NCBI GenBank assembly: GCA_036172245.1
Contig: JAYWIR010000004.1
Location: forward strand, 1,488,001-1,552,000
Source of the DNA: Raillietiella orientalis
Lineage: Eukaryota
DNA length: 64,000 nt
Direction: 5' to 3'
Shown here: piece by piece, positions 25,680-39,799 of the stretch
How the letters are laid out: each line of letters starts with the position of its first letter
Numbering within the stretch: the stretch's first letter is position 1
Program-made: the position numbers and the translations under genes
The notes under the pieces: model-generated
The model's input: only the letters and a program-made list of their open reading frames with translations
What the model was told of the DNA's origin: nothing
Databases searched by the model: none

Positions 25680-28000
25680 AAAGATATCCACGTAGGTGTT
25701 TCTTGGGATGTCTTGCAGATTCCAAACCCGGCAACCCTTTCGAATCGTTCGTGAGTTTACTTTCCAACAGATTGTGGTAAGTTGCTGACCTCTCGCCCTC
25801 CCTCCCCAACTCCAGTAGTAACTTGTGACTTCGAAACTAGAATCATTTGACCCAAACCCCAGTCCAGTAGTTGTGAGCCACAAGGATGCCCAGTTTCTTT
25901 GCTTCCACGAGATTCGGTTGCACAGATTTTCTGTTGGACCCGAAAAAGAGTGCTTTCCTTCTCTAGCTGAAGCAGAATTTTTTATCTGCGTTGGTGCTCC
26001 TTCATTATCTATTAGAAAAGTTCCTCCTAATGGGAATGGGACCCGCGGCCACGATTTTCAGAGAGTTCATTTGAGCCAGTTTTAAGCTGAAACAGCTCTT
26101 CATGAGAACAGAAAAGGACGACGTCCTTTTCTGTTTTTGTGTAGGAGAAGTTTCGTTGCTATGTGATTTGCATCCAGTAATTCGCTAAAGATTAGCTTAG
26201 CAAACTGGCTGGAGTTCATTTAACGCTTACAACTGATCTGAGCGGGGACCCTTCTTGCATGTAACGGCCAGCCGAGAGAGTTTTGGAATCGCTGGAACAT
26301 TTTGGGATACAACAGATTCGTCTTTCTTGCTGAAGCGGTAAAAAAAATTCGGAGAAATTCTTGAAGAAATGTGTGAATGATGAGCTCTTTTGCTCCATCC
26401 GAAATTTCTGCTAACCAGTTTCCTGGGTGACGTGTACTCCATGTTTTTTCGAAGCGAGGCATAGCTTTATTCTTTGTTCTCCTGGATAGGAAATCAGTAT
26501 CAAATTCGTTATGGTACGGTGTCTGTTTCAGAGCATGTACTCCTTGGAGGCACAGAAAATAATGCGATCATCTTGATTGGGCAGTTTTCCATCACTTGAA
26601 ATCAGGCTTGCTTCCAAGAGCCGAGATCCAACGGCCATCAAAGAATCGCCAAATGTAGCCGTTGCAGTCCGTGACTTTGATTTCGAAGAATTTCTCATCT
26701 CCGAAACAAACTCCATTCTAAGCTAAGCCTCGGGGATAAATCACCTCATTCATGGCTTTAAATTCATTGCTGAAGTATCCTTGGTGCACTTGGAATACAT
26801 GGCAACGAAGGCTCCATCACAGTGAAGGTTTTAAAGCTTTCAAATAAGCTGTTTGTCCATTCCTCTAGATTATTTAAAGAGAAGCTTTCAGCGCGGGTAA
26901 TCCCAGTACCTACATGACAAACAGAAGCTGACTTTTCCTTGTCTTGGATAGTTGTCAGTCGCTCGTGGAATGCATCCAAGAGGAGTCGCATTCGCTGTTT
27001 AAATTGCATCGAAGAGAATTCTGCAGCACCAATTTTTTTCCCGTTTTTCCTTCGGCGTTTGCATAGTAAGAAATCTGCGTTTCTTTCCTAAATTTTCAGC
27101 AGCACAATCCCCTTCTGCTTCTTCTTAGAAATAACAGAGAATATGCCTTCCTGCTATGTGTCTTCCATCTTCAACTTATTGTCACGCCTGATTCTCGATT
27201 GGGAAATGAGAAAAAGAAGAATTCGCCTTTCTGTTGGACCAGCCACTTTTCGTTGGAAATCAATTTGATCTGCTCAAAGAACCTGATAGCCTGATGGCAA
27301 TTTAGTTTTCCATCCGAGCATCCTCGGTGCTTTCGAACTTTGAAAGTGAACAGTCTCTAAGGCAACAACCGTATTACTATGGATCCATTTGACCATAAAA
27401 GCTGAATTAAAAATGCCTCATTAAGATCAGAAAAGCCGGAAAGTCACGTTCATTTTTCTCCCTACCTCTGTAAGCACTAGCTCTACAAGAAAACCTGGTG
27501 CAGCCTTTCAGAGAGGAGAAAAGATCTGCTTATTTGCAAATACCCTTTTCCGTCTTTTAGAAGTCACGCAGAAGCTCCAGTGAAGCAATCATGCATTTTC
27601 GATTCCTCTATTTCTCGGAGAGTTTGAGCCCCAAGTTTGCTTTGAGCAGAGTTTCGCCGAGGCGTTTACACGGAAAACATGAAAAGAGAAGATATAGAAA
27701 AGCTGTGTCGTGCAGGATTACAAGGGTATTTTGGGGATGAGAGAACGCCTGAGGATCTAGGAAGAATCTTTAATGCCCGACTCTCGAGATAACGGGAGAA
27801 CGACATGTTGAGAATTTTCGGCTTGATTGCTTTCGGGAACGGTAGGAAAAGTTTTTTGATGCAGCACGAAACCAGGTAATGGTCCAACTAGTCATTAAAT
27901 AGACTGGAATATCAGACCTAGCGTAATCCAAACCGTGACAGGAAAAAGAGTCCTGGTTTGGCATAGCAATTTTTTTTTAATGCACCACAAGTTTGGGAGG
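25680..28000 (-). mobile_element. Decayed L1/RTE-type LINE (APE end to RT)
   Basis: LDHYLVS (~27880), CKKGPRSD (~26250), ENLCNRISW (~25920) and TIRKGC (GVRQGC-like, ~25735) in correct order. Confidence 0.5.
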
Positions 28001-29849
28001 TGATAGATGACGTGATACGAGGGAATTCAGATTGTGCTCCTGACTGATGTACCTATGTTTGCGCAGGGATCGTTTCGGGATGTAGCTCGCTGGCTCGTGT
28101 GTTGTAGAGGTTGAAAAAAAGACATCCTTTGTAGCCTGGGTCTCTTGACTGTTCCCTAAAAGCTTTGCGTTTCTGAGGTTATTCACTAATTCCAGTGTGA
28201 AGAGTGAGTTGTTTGCTCATCACAGTGCTCATCAACTATTGAGTTGATGCGCTTTTAGTAGCCTGAAGATTCCACTCCATTATTATTGGTTATTAACAGA
28301 ATGCATGCCGACTCCAAAGCATAGGATCGTACGATGAAAGAAAAATGGAATTCGTGAATGCAAGTACCAGTTTGCTGAACACAGTTCTCTCTGCCGGGAT
28401 TTCCAGTCCTCTGCTTTTCTTTCCGAATCCAACATATCATTTAAGATGATATGTTGGATCAATACAGTTTATATTAGCGGCTCTGGATCTTGAGGAATAT
28501 CACAGTAGCACAATTTGTCATCAATATGCCTTCATTCACTCATTACTACTTTCCTTTTCTGTGACGATGTGCTTATGACAGAACGTGTTCACATCGATGG
28601 ATTCCAGTTTCCTTTTTCAGTTGTCATATCATGATGTCAGATGCCATTGCCACTTGTTCACTCCAGCTTCACCATTTTCTGCTGAAGATACTCCAGAGGG
28701 AAAAAAACGATAACGGTTCTCACTATAGAGTTGTATACTAGAACATCTCCAATTCTCTGGATGGATGCTCCTATAATTTAGATCCTTCTGCAGGTCTGCT
28801 TTATTAATCTACAGTTCCCTTAAGTGTGGGACAGGTGAGAAAGCGGAGCTGCGTTTCTGTGACTCCAAGTGATTTTTCTCGTCTGCTGCCAGTACAACGG
28901 TCCCATCTTGCCTTGCGTGCGAGTGTTTCGTGACAAAAAACATGAGATGCTGGATGTCAGGAGGCAGTTTCGTTCTGAACACAATCGTTCCAATCGCCCA
29001 GGGGATAAACATCACCTATTCAGTATTTCTCCCATATTCTTGCCACTGTTTGCAGCACGTCTGCTTTCAGGCAGCCTAGAGTGTTGCTACGGGAACCCAA
29101 ATCTTTTCACAATCTTTGAAAGTGAGACGTGTTCCCTTTTACAGCCACCTCTTGGTGGGCCTTAAGATCATTCCAGGAAAGGAAAAGCGTTCTGGATAAG
29201 TCTTTTTTTTAAGCTCCATCTTCAAGGGGCCACTCGAAGTTGCTTCACGTGAGTCTTATATTGCTCCCGAGCTGTCACGTGGGACCAATCTTAGCCCAAT
29301 GGCCTCTTTCTCTTCATTAGCATCATTATCAGACCGTCCTCTGGTTGAGCGTGGCGGAGTAAACTATATAAAGGGCGTGCGGTCACTCGTCCCAGTTTTC
29401 TACTGCACAGAAAAGCTGTCTCACACTTGGATTGGCTGTCTCCAGACTCAGCTCCTCCATTCCAGTACCAGCCAAGTTTCTTGATGACACATATATGTTA
29501 GCTTAATTCTTGGATGCCTTTCGATCGACAGCAAACTCTGCTCTGCATGGTGAGGCTTTTCCAGTTCTTTTCTGAAATCAGGTGGGAGGCTGCTCCATAA
29601 AAAATCTTAGGCAAAAGAGATTCATTTCACGGATTCCTCTTGAACCTGCTGTCCGAGAGGGCGTATTTAAAGTTCTTCATCAAAAATGTCCTTTCGGACC
29701 GCAGTTTGAAGAGGATTGATTTCCCCGATGGCCGCCGAGCTTTCAATCCGCGGAGATCGATCAGTTCTTTGTGAATTCATGTTGTCTGAAACGGCTGCTG
29801 CAGCCCAATAATTCCAGTGGATTCGAGAGTCTGGGAACGTATCAGGAGG

Positions 29850-30350
29850 ACAGTGATGCTCACGAAATTGAACCTCAACCCTCCGGAGAGGTTTCTTGGA
29901 TAACATAGACCTGTTTCAGAAGACCTGTGGCTCGGATCCCAGTGTCGAGTCCAAGGCAGGACATCAAGAAACTTTGAAACGATGGCGTATTCCAAGAGAA
30001 CGAAAACAGGAAAGAACTGAAGCATCGCTTGGAAGTCACAGATACAAAGTAGAACTGAAAGGAGAGCACCTGTTCCTCTATATGCCAGTTCCTCCGCTAG
30101 TCTCCAGGTTCGAGGACTGCGGTTTCCAGTAGAGATGAGGCAGTATGAGAGCTCAGGTAGAAAGGATAACGAAGTTTTTAAGATCGTGCATGACGTTGGC
30201 ACAGTAACGAAACACACAGGTGCAGGACATGTGGAACTCATAGTGCTGACAGGAATAACGGCAAACATGTGGATCGATTAGAATGCGGGTGCCAGAGTGT
30301 GGGAGAACCTCCACCGGCAAGAGGGAATTGATGAATTTCATTTTTTGGCA
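29850..30350 (-). mobile_element. Decayed CR1/L2/Jockey-type RT C-terminal part
   Basis: SLLPVEVLPHSG..IDP (GVPQGSxLGP-like), FRYCANV (YADD-like), then CLGLD (YLGVxLD). Confidence 0.45.
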
Positions 30351-31299
30351 CCTGAAAGATGACCCAAAGGGGTCACAACTCTATCATCTTCAGATGAGTC
30401 TTCACTACGTCGGGGTTCGGCCACCTTGCAGGATTCGAAGGATGATGGTAAGGACTGTCCATGCAGTGTTGGTACCTGTTTGGATGCTGCTGCGACGAAG
30501 AAAAAGAACTAGAAACTGAGGATGAGGAAGCGTAGGACAGTTCAATATTTTATCTCATGAGATACTTTGGAAACGACAACCACCTAGTTTCTGAGGGGCT
30601 TTTCTTACCCTTCTAGGCATGAGTCCACACAATGGTATGTCGAAAGCACTAGTTCGGAAGGAAAGTGGGTGACTGGATTGGATCCAACGTCCTCCACAAA
30701 GGGGATCCAAACACCTTGAACAGTCTGCCTACTGCGGCCACTTACGACAGAACTAAAGGTTCCATGGGAACGTGAGGAAGAAGAGAAAAGAAAAGAGAAA
30801 AATCAAACAAACCGAAATCGAGAAAGATGGCAAGAGATCTCTCGGATGAGTTCGTAAGAGGGAAAAATCCCAATGGATATAAAGTGTTTAGGCTCTCGCT
30901 GGGGCGGCTTTGAAAACGAGCTATCCTAGTTATTCCAAAAGTTCCGAGAAGCCCATGGACTAATACTTTCCATGACACGGAATTGATACCTAACACCAAA
31001 CCCATACCTAACACTAAATTCATAACTACAATTACTTATCAAAACACGATTTCACATAGATCGTTCTTAACTAAATTCTATGGATACCTTGAAAATCCAT
31101 TCGAACTTAGTGTTAGAACCACCCCTAAGCCCATGACTCTCTCTACCGTCTCCACAACCTCACTTACAAAAACAAAGCTTACCCTCACTTTTTCATAAAT
31201 TAATAATTATAAATATTAATTCGTGAGCATATCCTCACCAAATAAAAATAACTTTTACTATGTGCTGAGAAACGAAGAGGCTTATAAAGGAAAAAACCC

Positions 31300-32000
31300 G
31301 AGCTGCAGAGACCATGGCCGACCAGGTATGATCGCATCTCGGGTTTGCTTGATGGCCGGAGATAAGAGCGATAACCGGATTAGAAGAGGCTCAAGATTTC
31401 TGTAGAACAAATGGAATACTTCGCGATGCTGCGGAAACAAAAACGGAGATCGACCCGATAACAGCAAAAAATATCAAGATTCGGGGGAAGAAGTCTTTCT
31501 TTTCCGATGGAACCTCAAGGAGAAAGAGGTAGCCACAATACAATACAAAGCAGAAAATTCTTCTCCGGAAGCGAATGGAACAACATACGAAGGTTGGCAT
31601 TCGATGTATCCAGAGGTGGGATGCTCACTTCCGAGTGAAGAGAACTTTGGGACCTTGAAAGATCAAAACGATCTTACTTTCGAAATCATCTTCGGCGTCA
31701 AGAGAAGCCAGTAGATGGACGCCAGTGGCCATAGACCAGTGTCCTATATATTGCCTGGCACTCAGAGTGCCTCGCAAAAAGACAATCAGGACCATCCACA
31801 ATCAGGTCCTTGCTTCACATCCTTCCGTTCCATCGCGTCTTTGAGAAAAATTCGATGCTGCAGACAATTATACGATGAAAAGAGGCTTTTGCAGCGCATC
31901 TGAATCGCATTTGCTGATTTGCCGGCTGGTTTAGCAAACGCTTTCGACCCAGCACTACGTCAGATGCTGCACAGAGTTCGGGGATCAGGTGCGGCGAAGC
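31300..32000 (+). mobile_element. Decayed R1-like LINE, post-YADD region
   Basis: LKISVEQMEYF (GLxLAxEKTE-like) and RFRPSTTSDAA (AYRTxSxxAA-like). Confidence 0.35.
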
Positions 32001-33049
32001 TTTCAAGAAGAAGCAAAAGGGCGCAGCGCGTGTATAAAGGATGCATGTACCATTGTACAAACAGTCCACAATCAAGGAGCACCAGATTTGCAAAGGGGGT
32101 GAAGCAAGGATGCCTCTCTGCTTCATGCACGCCAATCTAGCAATCCAGCCGATTCTATGAAGGAGAGAAGAAACCATTGTGCTGAATCATCGTGATGATC
32201 TGGTAGTTCCTGATATGATGGTAACGGAAAATAAGACTTCGCAGAGCCTGAAAATGCTTCACGAACTGCTCACGAACTTCGCTTTTCCCACCAATCCCGG
32301 AAAATGTGCATAGCTGCACCTCGGAGAAACGAAATGAGGAGATACCAGAAAAGCAACTTCCCAAATTAGCAATTAGAATGTCCTAATCCTTAAATTGGGA
32401 AGAATTATCAAAGAAACAGTAAGTCACAAAAATGAGTGAACCTTGATGAAGAAATCTCTAGCTGCAAAGGCCATTTAGATTCTCAGAGGATTAAGCAGGT
32501 ATGTCTGAATGTTGCTTCTCAACTCTTTGGCTGTGATCGAAGTGCAAAGAAGGTGTAAAGGTGAAGAGCCATCCACTTCACTGATTTCTTTGCAACCAAA
32601 CTTTTTTTAATACATCTGGGGCAACACGTGTTTGGATGCATCAGTTGGATTACCACCATCCAGTGGTTAGAATCTTCTCGAAGACCCCAGCCCCGTGTAA
32701 TGGAGCTGGATGGAACCAAAGGGACCAGAAGGCAATGAGATCATGGAATAAGAAAACCCTTTGATGATTATTGCTTCTGGTTTCCAATACACATTCACTC
32801 TACATGACTAAAAACATAAATGCACAGATGAAAGTCACAATAAGAGTTCCGTGAAGGGTTTTGGGACAATGAGATGTCATTTCTAGAGCCGAAAGGATCT
32901 TCAAACATATCTTACTCTTGAGTTATCTCAAATCCTTCAGTGATCCCCCCTCCATGTTCCCCGTCTGAATGTAAGAGGACCAAGAAGCCATGGATCCGTG
33001 AGTCGATCCACTATTTCGTTTGGATGATTTGAAGATTGCCTGCCTGCAA

Positions 33050-33950
33050 ACTACGTCGCTGCTGGTTATGGACTCTTTGAGAACCGAAGACAATCACTCG
33101 AAGTGCTGCATTTTAGCGAGCAGTCGCAGTCAAGTCTGCGTCAACGTAGGGCTTTCGTTTATCCCCGTGCTCTTGTCAGGAAACGGTTTTTATGAACCCT
33201 GAAGGATTCCATTGTCCGCGTGTCCCCATTCCGTTGCCTCATGCGGCTAAACTACCATTCTGGCTGAAGTTACTGAGGGGATCAATTAACATCCTCTACA
33301 TGAGATGTTCCTGTTACTAGCGGTTACTGGCAAACAACGGCTCGGTCAAACACTCCGTTGAGACCGCCCCTGTGAGGACATCTGAGGTTGTTGGCATTTC
33401 AGGCTAAAGCAGAGCTTGTTTGTTTTCTTAGCTTTTTCCTTTGCTGCGTGCGTGCATCAATGCTTCATCTATGAGATCCCGCAAATGGCGGATCACATCT
33501 GCGGTAATAATGATATCCATGAATAATGGTAGCTTCATGGTGAGACTTAGCGCTATATCTTCAGTGTATGAGATCGTTCTTCAAAAGTCTGAGATATTCT
33601 GTGTGAGAGCATGGAAAGAAAGATGAAAAACGTGCACTTTCTCATGGGAGACTGCGCGAGCCTGAAGGTTCCATAAATATCTCTTTTTACTTTGAAAGGG
33701 ACCTGGAAAATTTCGCGTAGGCAAGCACGCCTAGGACGATCACTTTGCAAGAAGGCTGAAAACGCGACATTATTTGGGCTTTCTCCCTAGAATTCCTCAG
33801 AAAACGGAAATGCTCCAGACAAAGGAGAGAGGCCATTGCCATCGATACGCCACACTAGCCAGACGAGTACCAACGGGAAAAAAGAGATCGCTTGGATTTC
33901 CTCCACAGACAGCTTACGAAAGTACTTTGGGATGCTTTGTGGATTGACAG
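33050..33950 (-). mobile_element. Decayed L1-type RT
   Basis: KLSVEEIQAI...IDG, IFLSMLSHRI, VIRHLRDLIDEA and YVDADLT (YADD-like, ~33140) in order. Confidence 0.5.
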
Positions 33951-35129
33951 GAAGGCAAGTGAGGAGCACTCTTCAGAGCTCAGCATCGCTGACTCTCGCG
34001 CAGACGATCTGGAACAAGTGTTCAGTGCCCGTCTGAACTGAGGTTGCAGCAATGCCAACCTCATTCGGCGAAGGCGGAAACATCGACTTAATGGGCCATT
34101 TAAGAAAGATCCTCTTGTTGGACTGCTTAATCAAGCAAAAAGATGCATCCTCGACATGGAGGATGCTTTGAAACGTTTGAAATGATGATGACAGATGGGT
34201 ATAACGTGAGATGTGCAGATTCGTTGGATCAATCTAACTAGGAAAAACACTGCATGATAGTTAGGAATCTCTTTCAGAGACGACGAAGAGTTACATCGAA
34301 ATATTAGAGAGATTAACCTCGTGAAGAAAAAACTGATGCTTACACGACATGGTAAATACCTTCGTTTCATTACATAATGAGCACCCTCACGCTCCTTATT
34401 GATATGAAACGGAATAGGCAGTATCTTCACCAATGTCAACGACGTTGGGGCGATTTTCGATGGATGTGCCTACTATGAAATTTTGCGACTTTTATTGTTC
34501 CGTTAAAGGGATGCTGTGGAGATAACTGTGTTGGATGACTTCAAAAAAAAAAAAAAATCCCTAGGGTACTGAAAACGCCCCAATTCAAGTTGCTCATGAA
34601 AAATATTCAAAAGGGAAAACTCACTCAGGATCTCAGTTGGAGTATGGGGAGAAGGGAACTGCTATTTTTCGATCAGTGTTATGATACTGTGCCCAATCTC
34701 AGGATCGTCCCGAAATGACACACGAAAGTTTTAATTTTTCCAAGTTTTTTAGATGGTAGATGGTAAATCCACTCGGCAAGACAGTAGGTAACTTGCGGTC
34801 TATGGCACCCTGCCGCAGGATTTTTCTGGAATTGGAATTCACCATCTGACTCCGATGCACTGCCTCATACATTCGAAAGTGAATAGTGGGGAAGATTCTT
34901 CGTGGGTGACTTCTGGCTGTCCAAAATTTTCCGCCAGTGAACAGAATATTCGAGTTCGAGAGGATCAGGTTAGAGGAAAGTGTAATTGGTGTGCTTAAAT
35001 TCGCGCACTTTGCTCGTACTTTTTGTACTTCAAGATTTCTAGTACAGAATCTCAAATCTGTGTGAACAGTGCCCTGATGGAATGCTCAGCATTGGTGAGG
35101 GGCAAAAGGCAAGTATGTGAGATGAGCAC

Positions 35130-36780
35130 GAGAAGTTCTCTTCGTAGAAGTAAATGGCGATGTGCTTAATTTGCCATGCGCCTGTTGCAGCCACAGGGAA
35201 ACACTACGCGAAGAGGAACTTACCACAAGAAATGGGAGACCCGAAAATGTTACTGGGCACAGCTGGAAACGGGGAACTTTCGTTTGAAGCAAACTCTGGA
35301 GAACCTCGGGTTGAAAATCCCAATAACATGTATGCGGGCTACGCAGCCGGCGAGAAGGTCGCTGAATGCCCGCACTCCGCTGGGGAGGGAGGGAGGAGGG
35401 TTGCTGGGTAGATCTTGCAGCAGCTGTTACAATCTTAAGTCGGACAAAGTTGAGCTCGAAAAGCTGCCATGTCAAGGATGCATCACTTCCTCTGCCACAG
35501 AACTGTAGAAGTGATGAGGTGGCGATTTATTTCACGAACTTTGGTGTTTGGGAAGTGCAAAAATTCAGTTTTTTTCCCTTCGGTGCTCGAAGAGATAAAA
35601 AAAACATCACAAACACAGCTCGGCCATCCATTTTTTTTTGGGGGAAAAAAGCTCACAAAGAATGAAAGATTTTTGAGGATTTACTTTAGTTACTTCCAGT
35701 TCAAGTGAAAGACTGATCCATGGCAAACGGGATTAGTGTTTCTAAAGCTTAGATTGCAACAGGAAGAAATTTCGGGTGTAGCTGAGGAATAAGTTCCATC
35801 AACAGTTGAGAAAGACAATAGTTTTCTTGCCTAACTGGAGTCGAAGCTGGGGTTTCGAGTACCAGAAATTTCAGAGCATCGCCACCACATCCAACAGGGA
35901 AAACACCTCTATCCTCATTGCTTGACCGTTAATCCATCAGTGCATGGGGTAAATAATTCGTCGACTTCATTAAAAATCATGGTCTTGGCTGTTGTCCGTT
36001 TGTGCAAATTTTTATGCGAATCATTGAAGGAAGAATCTCCTTTCCTATTCTCATGCTGGGTACCTTAGTAAAGGCAAAATGCTGAAGCACTTTTGGAAAC
36101 TCAAAGCTGAGCTTAAATCGCTTATGGATGCGAACAGTAATCCGGTCCTGAAATCGAAAAGATCGATTGGCCCCGTGACCTAGAATTTCTTGTGGATATC
36201 ACTGCCCATTTAGCAGAACTGGATATCAGTCTTCAGGGTTCCACAAAGAAGAAAGAAGTCATCAATTTAACAAGTTTCAAACATTCAAAAAGGTGTTGAA
36301 GGTCGCCAACACGATGAGGACTGCATCCAGGCTAATTTCCTCGTATGCCTGTCAATCAAGTCCTTCACTGCTTTTCCAGCAGAAATTGTGACAAAAAGAA
36401 TCAACTTGTAAATGACCGTAAAACGTGTTCGATCACAATCAGTGAATTCTGCCGTTGAGTATAGGAAGAGAGGTCAAAGCATAGGAAAGCTCAGCGAAGA
36501 ATTCTAAAACCGGTTTGAAGTATTTAATGAGTCTGAGATGGAATTGAAATTATTTTCCATTTCATCCTTGATTTAAAGGCCAGGGATGAACCCTTTCAAA
36601 TCTCTTGCATGAAAATAACTGATTACAAAGCTGATGTTCCATTTAGGATCGAATTGAGTTCGTTTCCGCTCACAGAATTGTATAAAACCCAGAACTGTTC
36701 CTATAGAAAAACACCTTCCTGTAAAAGAGCATGCCTTAAAGATGTGGACCAGTTTGGAACGACACCTAGTTGGAAAAAAA
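35130..36780 (+). mobile_element. Near full-length, frameshifted hAT transposase pseudogene (Buster/SPIN/Charlie, GTF2IRD2-like)
   Basis: CLIC zinc-finger start (35163), YLSKGKMLKHFWKLKAEL (RWLSxGxxLxRF, 36061), WPRDLEFLVDITAHLAELDISLQG (~36170-36240), RFEVFNESEMELKLFS, FGTT (FGSTY, ~36755). Confidence 0.85.
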
Positions 36781-38149
36781 AAGAAAAAAAAAAAAAACGC
36801 TTTGTAATATGAGAGTGGGAGGAAGTAGGCCTGCAGTTCATCGTAACCAATGTGCCATTGCCGATTCCTGATTCCGTACAAACAATTCTGTACAGGTGAA
36901 ACAAATACAAACGTCTCGCGAAGATGAATTTCTGATCATTTGTAACGGCGTGCAATCAATGAATTTATCGATACCTTCCCCTTTGCAATTTTTTACTGGT
37001 GCATACGTCACGAGGAAGAACGATTAGTATAAATATACACAATAAATGTAAATTGATTCTTTATTGTTCCATTAAATATCCTAGGTACTATATAAGATTT
37101 GGTCTCTCTGTAGCAGATACAAATAGAATATTTAATCCACTCGGTGGAGACAAATTGCGAATAGCGAATTTAAATGGATCTGAAAATTCGATGCAGCAGA
37201 GAAAGTGATAAGGTTTTACGCCGACTTCCAACCCTTTGGCTTTCCTCTCTCGTTGCTTTGTTCCATGCTCCATGGATGAGGTTGTTATTTAAGAAAACAG
37301 ATGCATCACTACTTTCTTATTCATTTTCCTTTGGGTCCATTATGGAGCTGACAACTCGAGAATGATAACTAACCCAATGGCTGGAGCAGGGAGATGGAAA
37401 AGCATTTATACAGTGTAAAATAAAAAAATAGGCACAAATATCGGCCATTACGAAAGTTAAATTCGCTGGCATTTGCTGTGTCTGGAACTGTGACCGAAAA
37501 GATACTTCTTAACCCAACTGGGATTGAAGATTCTTTTGCGTGGACTTCTCGGAAGAAAACTTTTGCACAACCTCTCGTTTTTTCATCTTGAATGCAAAAG
37601 CCGTTTCTGTTCTTTTGTTTCTCAAAATTAAGATCATTCTACCCACCTTCCCGCTAAGTATACTTTGTGGTTTGTGATTTCAAGAGAACCATTCCTTTAG
37701 TTACATGAAGACTCTACAACTGATGGATTTTTTCATATAATGGTTAAAAGTCTCCCTTCTGTTCTTTCGATTCATGGAGATCATTTGCTTGAAAATTATC
37801 ACAAATCGTTCTTAAGGACGAATGCTTAAGGAGTTTGCAAGATTCCCTTGAATACATGCTCATTTTAACCCATCCAATTTATCCAAATGAATTCCGTGTA
37901 CTTCACACTCGTACAACGGAACTCTAAAAAGTGGTCACAGCAAGTGTTCATAGACAGACATGACATGACATGGGACAGACAGCGAACATATAGAAAGAAC
38001 TCTTATCGGCTTTCGTATCTACGGATGCACGTATTTTATCTTGGTGCATTTTTGATTCCTGCTCTTTGACTTCCAAAGCCTCTGTGCCTTAACTCGCGAA
38101 CGGTCTTCTGGAATTCTTCGCAGGAGTTTGGAATCAAGGATGGGTCCAT

Positions 38150-38435
38150 CATCACGGTCACAACATCCTTGATTGCATTTCCAGCACGAGGGGATGGCTA
38201 TCCGAACAGCTCCATCACAAACGGATATGGAGAGAGCTGTGATTACGTCTATTTCAGAAGCCCCCACTGGTCTCAGTATTCCTGCTTTCACGGTAGAGGA
38301 AACGAAAACTGTTCAACACGATACTGGAGAAATCCGAAGTCATCAGGTAACAAATTTCAAACATTTAAAAAGGTACTGATGGCTGTTAATACGATAAGGA
38401 CTGCATCCATGCTAATTTTCTCGTATGCTTGTCAT
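38150..38435 (+). mobile_element. Second, internally deleted fragment of a related hAT transposase
   Basis: 38337-38435 aligns at nucleotide level with 36256-36354; upstream PARG...ESCDYVYFRSPHWS matches RARG...GDLLYxxEVRWLS. Confidence 0.7.
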
Positions 38436-39799
38436 GTTTCTTTTCTTTCTATTTGTCATCCTCTCAATCTTGCGAGACAAAGCTTCTTTTTCTCCCGAAG
38501 GATCAATCAACCATTGGTGGATTGACCTGCTATCTATCACGAACGCTCTCCATCTTCTCACGAAACAGCTTAAGGAGCTGTCCTGCGAACCACACTGCCT
38601 GTTTCCCGCAGAGAGTTCCTGAGCAACGTTGGCGTGGGTTTACACATTACTGGTCGCCGTTTTTCACAAATAGGTTCATTTGGGAGCCTGTAGAAGAGAA
38701 TGAAGCTCTGAGAAGCATGCCAAGTGAAAGAGCAACTTTTCATCGTTTCTCGCGGTGCTGCTCGGGGAGCTGAGACAGGAAGCTGGTAGGAAGCCATTAT
38801 CGGAAGCACCATGCCGGAATTCATGAGAAAACGCAACAGATCATGTGAAAAATCAGGACATGATATGATTCAGGCCTGGTGGACGAAGTTCTTCGTGCAG
38901 CCGATCACGTGGAGAGTTTGTGGTGCCTTCTATGCATGAGGAGCAGAGAATCCAAGAAGGATGGAGCACTGGTAGTGGGGAGCCCATGCAGTATTGTCAG
39001 CTTCCCATCCCTCAATCTGTGTGCTCGTCAAGAAAAACTGAGTTTGAAAACTCCGAACAATCGTTCATCCTGTTTATTCATCTCGTTTCCGGAAACCGCC
39101 AGTCGCATAAAAACGCACCAGCATGCTCCTCTCGAGGATGTTGAGCGTCGTCCTGCATCCTGAAAATTCCGGCCGGAGCAGTCGAGTTTCGGAGGAGCTT
39201 TGGCTCAGGGTTTCACAGGGGATAGCACGCTGGTGAGACCATTTTCATGTCAGATAGCCGCTTCAGTGAAGGAAAGAACCCTGAATGGTCATTTTGGATC
39301 ATGACGGGGTCTCCCTTCGGAATCCTAGGTTCCCGGTGCACGAAATCTGCTAACTAACTGAGATGAAACATCGAAAACTCGGAAATTGAAAGATGAATTA
39401 ATGTCGTACAGCGGAGAGAGCATCTGCGAGGACCGATAATCTAAACCACCTAAGAGAGCGTGAGGTCAGTTAGATAATAATGAGAATGAATAAAAACATA
39501 ATACGGGATGTACAAAGATGCTCCTTAGTGGAATCGCTACAGTGCGCTTGCGACAAGTCTAAAACAAAATGTAGAGAAGAATCCAGAAGACAATTGGCAC
39601 GAGTAGCGCTACTACGTGGGAAGGACGTTCTCGTCCATAAGAAACGGGAACGAGATACAACTAAGCAAATCGGTAAATTATAAGCAAAGGGTAGAGAGAA
39701 ATTCCAGGTTCGCTTTAGAAATGTTCCAAGGTCTTTGAGGGATTAGTTTTCGAATTTCGATTCTCAAGACGAATTCTTCGAAAGCTTCTACGAATTTTC

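Noticed and set aside
30740..30800. 7-nt minus-strand microexon after a long pyrimidine tract
   Set aside because: Not frame-preserving and has no supporting neighbouring exons
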